Virus record (IMG/VR): IMGVR_UViG_3300037502_002304
Span: 26,012 to 90,011 of that record
DNA: 64,000 nt
From: a virus
Reading direction: 5' to 3' (one strand)
The notes under the pieces were generated by a model. The model did no database searches. It was not told the origin of the DNA and worked only from the letters and a program-made list of their open reading frames with translations. How positions within the stretch are numbered: the stretch's first letter is position 1; the number at the start of each line of letters is the position of its first letter. The position numbers and the translations under genes were made by a program. Positions 58,158 to 64,000 of this stretch are shown in pieces.

Positions 58158-59975
58158 ATGTCTAAGTTACAAGGATATATAAAACCATTAAAGTCTACTA
58201 CTCTACGTATTTGGAGAAATGGTAGGGATGAAATAGAATTAGCATGGGATGGAAATGATCTATTGTTATATAGAAATGGTAACTTTTTAAGAAAAGTTAC
58301 GGATTCTATTTCAGTAGAAATAGAAGTTTGGGATCCTACTAAATCATATATTGCTGGAGATGTTTTTGTAAGTTACAAATCTCCAGATTTTGAACTTTTA
58401 AGTGATGATGATCCTTTAAAATATGAATACATCTATAGATGTATAGAGAACACATCTCCTGGAGAGTCCCCAGAAACACATCCAAATAAATGGGAAAGAC
58501 AGGGTAAAGTATCAGAACAAAATGATAATACTATATTTATTTCTGATATAAGTGGTTTAGAGGAAAGATTAAATGAATTAGTAAAATATACAGATTTTTC
58601 TGATGAATTTACAATAGATAATAATACAGTTTCTTTAAATATAGACTATATTACTTTATCAGACTTTAGTGGTAAAGATTATATTCAACCAGATCCTTTA
58701 CCACCAGCTAATATAAGACTATCTTCTACTTCTGTGAATGTTACAGAAGGAGATTCTACTATTATTACTGTAGTACTTGATAGAGAACCTACAGACGATG
58801 TGGTATTATCTGTTATATCGCAAGATACTAATATAGCTACAGTGGTACCTGGTTCTATTACTTTTACTACTGCCAACTATGATACCCCTCAAAATATTCA
58901 AATAAATGGCGTTTCAGACGCTAATTCTGTTACAGACAGTACAACTATTACTGTAGCTGTAAGCAGCTCAAATGATTCTAATTATACTAATCTAACGCCA
59001 AAATATATTTCAGTTAATGTAGCTGATTTAGATAACGCTGATTATATACTTTCTAAATCTAATATGTCTATTACAGAGGGTACTTCTGATACTTTTAATG
59101 TAAGATTGGCTACTGAACCAACTAGTAATGTTAATATATCAGTAAGTTCTTCTGATACTAATATAGCTACAGTAGGTAGTGACTCTCTAACTTTCACACC
59201 CTTAAATTATAATACTAATCAAACTGTTACAGTTAATGCTGTAGAAAATACAGATATAGGGGATAAAAATACAACTATAGTATTAAAACCATCATCTACT
59301 GACCCTTCTTACGGTAATTTACCTAATAAATCTGTAGCCTTTACTTCTATAGATAATGATACCTCAGCACCGAATGAAGTTAGGATAGGTAATACTATTT
59401 GGAAAACAAAGAATGAAACTTGGGATGATGGTGGTCCTGGTATTTACTATCCAAATAACAATATTGACAATGTTGATGATTATGGCTTACTTTATACTTA
59501 CGACGCTCTTTTACGTTTACTAGCAGACAATCCTGGTTATAGAATACTGAATACTGATGATTTGTTTGAACTTGTAAATACAGTATTTCCAGATAATACT
59601 AGGAATGAAACTAATGAATATTTACAGGTTTATGATGTTTATGATATTTGTAAATACAAAGAAAATTTGTGGGATATAGATAAAGTTTGGTCACCTTCTA
59701 CCGATTTGAATATAGTGCCAGCAGGTCGGGTAGGTGATGAAGGGAGGAGCAGAGGTGGTTTCAAAACCGAGTCTGAAATGTGGAGAACAATAGTTAATAC
59801 TAATAATGAAATTGATTATTATATTTTTTCTGTTTATAAATATGTTGATACTATAAGATTGCATATAAGAAAAGATAATCAATATACTGGTAAAGTGCAA
59901 TTATCCGATGGAAGTAGAATAGATTTTATAGAGACGGGATACGCCTATTCAGTTAGACTAGTAAGAGATATTTAA
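58158..59975 (+). CDS. Adhesin-like virion protein: CBM-like module, two Calx-beta/Ig-like repeats, C-terminal Fib_succ_major (FISUMP) domain
   Basis: VW...K.Y.AG..FVSY...YRC...GESP..P.KW; 2x (V/I)TEG...L..EPT..V....S.DTNIATV...TFT..NY.T.Q; IGNTIW..N, YGLLY, PAG, GYAYSVRLVRD. Confidence 0.7.
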   Translation: MSKLQGYIKPLKSTTLRIWRNGRDEIELAWDGNDLLLYRNGNFLRKVTDSISVEIEVWDPTKSYIAGDVFVSYKSPDFELLSDDDPLKYEYIYRCIENTSPGESPETHPNKWERQGKVSEQNDNTIFISDISGLEERLNELVKYTDFSDEFTIDNNTVSLNIDYITLSDFSGKDYIQPDPLPPANIRLSSTSVNVTEGDSTIITVVLDREPTDDVVLSVISQDTNIATVVPGSITFTTANYDTPQNIQINGVSDANSVTDSTTITVAVSSSNDSNYTNLTPKYISVNVADLDNADYILSKSNMSITEGTSDTFNVRLATEPTSNVNISVSSSDTNIATVGSDSLTFTPLNYNTNQTVTVNAVENTDIGDKNTTIVLKPSSTDPSYGNLPNKSVAFTSIDNDTSAPNEVRIGNTIWKTKNETWDDGGPGIYYPNNNIDNVDDYGLLYTYDALLRLLADNPGYRILNTDDLFELVNTVFPDNTRNETNEYLQVYDVYDICKYKENLWDIDKVWSPSTDLNIVPAGRVGDEGRSRGGFKTESEMWRTIVNTNNEIDYYIFSVYKYVDTIRLHIRKDNQYTGKVQLSDGSRIDFIETGYAYSVRLVRDI

Positions 59976-59988
59976 AATATAAATTGTT

Positions 59989-62900
59989 ATGGCTAAATAT
60001 ATAGCACCAATACAACCATTAATACTTACAGAAAGAGGGCAGAAACCTACTGTACCTAATCCTTCTACAATAATGCCTAACGATAGTAGGTTTAATAAGG
60101 AATCTGACCTTATGATAGGTCAACTTGCTTATAATGTAGCAGATGATATATGGTATTACAGATCTTATTCTGCTATTAAAAAGTTAACTGGTAGTACTAT
60201 ATTAGAAGTTGAAGATGTTGAAGTATGGCGTAGTGATAAAGTATATCAAGCAGGTGATATTTTTGTTAGTTATGTAAACGCTTCTTCTAGTAATCCACAA
60301 TATCAAAATGCTGCAATATACAGGTGTATAATAACAACAGAAGCTGGAGAATCGCCTGAATCAGCACCAAATAAGTGGGAATTACAAGGTACAACAATAG
60401 ATAATTCGCAGATTAGTTTTTTAGATTTGATAGATACTCCCACTGATTACACTGGATTATCTGGCAAGTTTGTAGCAATAAACGATACTGAAGATGGTCT
60501 TAAATTCGTGGATCCACCAGAATCAGAAACTATTACATTAGATACTGTAGAAGTGTGGGATGATACTAAAGCGTATACAGCAGGTAATACATTTGTATCA
60601 TATGTAAATGCAGGTTCTTCAGATCCACAATTTCAAAATGAAGCAATATATCGCTGTGATATAGATACAACTGCCGGTGAGAGTCCTGAAACTAATCCTG
60701 AAAAGTGGGTATATCAAGGTACTCAAGTAGAACTATCTAGTGGTAATACTTCTAATACTGCTGTAGATGATCTAAATACTTTAAAAGCTCTTACTGGGTA
60801 TAAGAATACTGATAGTCTATTTGTAATTTCAGAAAATGCTTGGTACAAATTTGATTCAAGTGATGACTCTGGAATAAGAGCGAATGATTATAATCCTGTA
60901 GATAATCCAGGAAGTTGGAAAAAACAGCATTCTATTGGTGATGCTATATCCGAGGAAATTCACTCTGTAACAGCAAAAACAACACCAGTCGATGCTGATG
61001 AATTTGGCATTTGGGATAGTGTTAGTGCAACATTACGAAAAGTTAGGTGGGCTAACATCAAAGCAACCCTAAAAACTTATTTTGATACTATTTATAGCAC
61101 TTTTTCTGGCAGTTATAATGACCTAACTGATAAACCTCATATACCAGTTAATAGTGATTTTACACTTAGTGGTTTAAGTGAGAAGTCATATAATAATCTT
61201 ACTGATAAGCCAGACTTGAATGCGAAGATGGATAAAGACCCATCAGCAGTAACAGAGACTACTTTAAATGATACTAGTGTTATACAGTTTTGGAAGTCTG
61301 GTATTTCTAAGATAACATGGTTAAATATTAAAAATACTTTAAAAAATTATTTTGATAATATTTATCAAGCTGTTTTAGTTTCAGGAACAAATGTAAAGAC
61401 TATCAACTCCGAGAGTATTTTAGGAAGTGGGAATATTGTTATAGGACCAGAAGATACTTCACTTTGGGAACCAGAAAAAACCATAGCAGCCACAACAGAA
61501 CATCCCCGTTGGGACGATTCTGGAGATCCCAATATTTATGGTATAGATAAGTTTGGTTTTAATGCTTTACCTGCTGGTACACGAAATACTATTGGTTTTG
61601 TAGCGTTAGGTCTTGAAGTAAATTTTTGGACAACGGATGAAATAGGCTCGTCTGGCGAAATCTTATGGATACAAAACATTTCTTCGAAATTAAATTATAA
61701 TTTGGGAACATCTAAAGAATCAGGTAATTCTGTAAGATTAGTAAGAGATTATGATGTATCGGACGGAGAAAAGGTAGATGGAAGAATTTTAAAAAATGCT
61801 TATACTGATTATGATGGGAATGTTTATGATGGAACAATAATTGGAGATCAAGTTTGGTTAACATCTAATTTAAAAGTCACTCATTATAGTAATGGTGATG
61901 CTATACCTACTGGTTTTGATAATAGTCAATGGGTAGGTTTAACTTCTGGTGCATATTGTGTATATGATTATACTCTTGTATCTGGTATAAATTCAGAGCA
62001 AGAAATGATTAATTATTATGGATTGTTATATAATTGGTATGCATGTATAGATGCAAGAAGTCTTTCGTCTGGAGATTGGCGTGTTCCAGATGGTAATGAT
62101 GTTGATACTTTGGTTACTTACCTTGTAACTAATTATGCAGAGATAACAGGAGATTGGTATAGCAATAATATAGGCGATTATTTAAAATCTATACGTCAAG
62201 TAAATAGTGCATATATAGTTGAAACTGATTACATCAAACCAAAAAATGACAAAAAAGTAAAGGCTGAACATATAGAAGGGTTAGATATAGAAGGTAGAGA
62301 CACAGCCCTAACAACCGTCCCAACAATAACAGAATTAACCGCCCTAACAGACTTCAATAATAATGATACAGTCTTTGTTGCCGAAACCAATACTTACTAC
62401 AGGTTTGACGAAACAGACGAAACAGGAGAAAAGGCGGATGACAATAGGTCTGGAAGTTGGGTTGTTGACTATGAATTGTCGCTACCAATAAGCAGGGTTA
62501 ACGGTCTTGAAGAGACTTTGGCACAGATAGAGGAAACATCACCTGCTGCTAAGGTTCTTTATTTTATTGACGATACTATAACAATAGGCGGCGAAACATT
62601 TCGTACGACAAGCGAAACACCGAGCACTGACCCACTGGCTGAAATAACGCAAACAATTACAGGTACAGACGCAGCCAATGCAGATATAATAGCCCAATTC
62701 GTTGGCGAAGCATTTACCCAAGACGACTTGCCTACGATAGAAAAGATTCAGGCACACATCTACGCCCGTAAAAATTTGGCCAGCCGTGAATGTACGCTTT
62801 TCGCAGAATTCGGTGTTTTAGATAGTAATGACACGCTAACAATATTAGGTACATCTGAAATAGCTGCGCTAACAACTACAAATGTTAGTTATAACCTATT

Positions 62901-63747
62901 TTACTCACTTTCAGAGTTCACTCCAGAAGACGGCGACCGCATTGTCATACGTTTTAAAGCTTATCGTATAGGAACAGAGCAAACCGTTACGGCTACAATA
63001 AGTATTCAGGATGAGACGTATAGCCGTTGGTCTTATGTTACGCAGGTAGATTTAGTATCTGACTTATTCCATACGCCCGTATCGTCTAATAGTGCAATAC
63101 GTGCTATCGAAAATTGGAGGGATGGGGCGTATGTGTTGAATTATGGCACCAACGACAGCTATGTATTTAATATAGCAAGCACAGCTCAGGACGACGACGA
63201 TATGGTGTTAAAGCCTGATAATATCGATATAAATGATGCTGGTAGGTGGGAAAAGATAAGTTCTTCTTCTAAAAAAGCGGATACCTTCACTGTTGGAAAC
63301 CTGAAAAGGTTTGATGTAAATGGTAATGATGAAGATAGTGGTTTGACTGGCGAAAGTCTTGACATATACGATGTAAGCACGACGGTTATAAATGAATTAT
63401 TGGACGAGAGTAATTGGGTTGATACAAGCGGAAATCCTATCACGACGCCCGTAACATTGAGCGGAGGATTACAAGGACAAAGATATTATTCAGATGACTA
63501 CTTTTTTGAGTGTGTATATGATTACAATTGGCGAAGAACGTATCAAGGTAGGCCAATTTTGGACGTGTACGGTTTCTTGTCTATTGCCGATCAAGCTTTA
63601 CTTGAGGATACTGCGAATTGGTCTAATAAATCTTATGTAGGAAGTTCCTTTTCAGAGGACATTCCAGCAGGCGTAAAGCATTACGACAATGATTATATAT
63701 ATGAATTTGTGCAAACCAACATACCTGTAAGGTATTCACGTGTTTAA
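59989..63747 (+). CDS. Mosaic tail fibre/adhesin protein with CBM-like repeats and permuted FISUMP domain
   Basis: Two CBM-like modules; FLDLIDTP.DY.G and SYNDLTDKP fibre motifs; GTNVKTINSESILGSGNI; FISUMP halves in swapped order. Confidence 0.72.
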   Translation: MAKYIAPIQPLILTERGQKPTVPNPSTIMPNDSRFNKESDLMIGQLAYNVADDIWYYRSYSAIKKLTGSTILEVEDVEVWRSDKVYQAGDIFVSYVNASSSNPQYQNAAIYRCIITTEAGESPESAPNKWELQGTTIDNSQISFLDLIDTPTDYTGLSGKFVAINDTEDGLKFVDPPESETITLDTVEVWDDTKAYTAGNTFVSYVNAGSSDPQFQNEAIYRCDIDTTAGESPETNPEKWVYQGTQVELSSGNTSNTAVDDLNTLKALTGYKNTDSLFVISENAWYKFDSSDDSGIRANDYNPVDNPGSWKKQHSIGDAISEEIHSVTAKTTPVDADEFGIWDSVSATLRKVRWANIKATLKTYFDTIYSTFSGSYNDLTDKPHIPVNSDFTLSGLSEKSYNNLTDKPDLNAKMDKDPSAVTETTLNDTSVIQFWKSGISKITWLNIKNTLKNYFDNIYQAVLVSGTNVKTINSESILGSGNIVIGPEDTSLWEPEKTIAATTEHPRWDDSGDPNIYGIDKFGFNALPAGTRNTIGFVALGLEVNFWTTDEIGSSGEILWIQNISSKLNYNLGTSKESGNSVRLVRDYDVSDGEKVDGRILKNAYTDYDGNVYDGTIIGDQVWLTSNLKVTHYSNGDAIPTGFDNSQWVGLTSGAYCVYDYTLVSGINSEQEMINYYGLLYNWYACIDARSLSSGDWRVPDGNDVDTLVTYLVTNYAEITGDWYSNNIGDYLKSIRQVNSAYIVETDYIKPKNDKKVKAEHIEGLDIEGRDTALTTVPTITELTALTDFNNNDTVFVAETNTYYRFDETDETGEKADDNRSGSWVVDYELSLPISRVNGLEETLAQIEETSPAAKVLYFIDDTITIGGETFRTTSETPSTDPLAEITQTITGTDAANADIIAQFVGEAFTQDDLPTIEKIQAHIYARKNLASRECTLFAEFGVLDSNDTLTILGTSEIAALTTTNVSYNLFYSLSEFTPEDGDRIVIRFKAYRIGTEQTVTATISIQDETYSRWSYVTQVDLVSDLFHTPVSSNSAIRAIENWRDGAYVLNYGTNDSYVFNIASTAQDDDDMVLKPDNIDINDAGRWEKISSSSKKADTFTVGNLKRFDVNGNDEDSGLTGESLDIYDVSTTVINELLDESNWVDTSGNPITTPVTLSGGLQGQRYYSDDYFFECVYDYNWRRTYQGRPILDVYGFLSIADQALLEDTANWSNKSYVGSSFSEDIPAGVKHYDNDYIYEFVQTNIPVRYSRV

Positions 63748-63761
63748 AATTATATTACGAT

Positions 63762-64000
63762 ATGGATAGATTAAAAATGAATATAACCAGCAGCGGAATT
63801 TTAAAATCTGGTAATTATATATTGGGTAGTCCGTTTGTTACAACTGAACTATTTGGTTCTTTAAGTGGAACTTATAAGTGGATGGGCGGTGTTTTAGCAC
63901 CTAATGGAAAAATTTATGGTATCCCGCACAATTCAACTCAAGTATTAGAGATTGACCCTAACACACAGACAACCACGTTATTTGGTTCTTTAAGTGGGAC
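63762..64000 (+). CDS. Beta-propeller repeat protein (3'-truncated)
   Basis: MDRLKM...LFGSLSGTYKWMGGVLAPNGKIYGIPHNSTQVLEIDP..TTTLFGSLSG; repeat restarts at window end. Confidence 0.65.
   Translation, partial: MDRLKMNITSSGILKSGNYILGSPFVTTELFGSLSGTYKWMGGVLAPNGKIYGIPHNSTQVLEIDPNTQTTTLFGSLSG

Noticed and set aside
58158-62208. Diversity-generating retroelement targeting the FISUMP domains
   Set aside because: No reverse transcriptase and no TR/VR pair differing at adenines is visible in the window; one could lie outside it
42-63443. Antisense ORFs in the track (e.g. 1605-2069, 28991-29335, 36324-36737, 46786-47082, 54137-54451, 63186-63443)
   Set aside because: Shadow frames opposite well-supported genes, with no motifs
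1-64000. Stop-codon reassignment as in some crAss-like phages
   Set aside because: Long genes are open in the standard code, and TAG and TGA both end genes at tight junctions; only one isolated in-frame TGA was seen

Overview
This window is an AT-rich dsDNA phage segment with crAss-like (Crassvirales) architecture. The host is probably a Bacteroidota member, judged from TAnnTTTG-type promoters and A/T-rich leaders. It uses the standard genetic code. There are three blocks. (1) 1-2910 (+) is the 3' end of a giant virion cargo-like gene. (2) 2989-40351 (-) is the early/middle arm: an array of small early gene cassettes behind a 9-copy promoter-like motif, DnaB helicase, AAA ATPase, SSB-like protein, primase, a phiEco32-like peptide-ligase cluster (GGCT, COOH-NH2 ligase, class II GATase, amidoligase, ATP-grasp), UDG, RtcB, PhoH, class II RNR split by a LAGLIDADG group I intron, dUTPase, PolA and ThyX. 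(3) 41054-64000 (+) is the late arm: amidase, GroES-like and HU/IHF-like proteins, intein-containing terminase, portal, ferritin, exonuclease, major capsid and adhesin/fibre proteins. The most unusual signals are non-coding: a ~185-nt tRNA/tmRNA-shaped RNA occupying its own early cassette, a ~350-nt multi-domain structured RNA candidate heading the late arm, and a tRNA-like gene with a truncated anticodon arm. All assignments come from motif reading by eye; no searches or folding programs were run.
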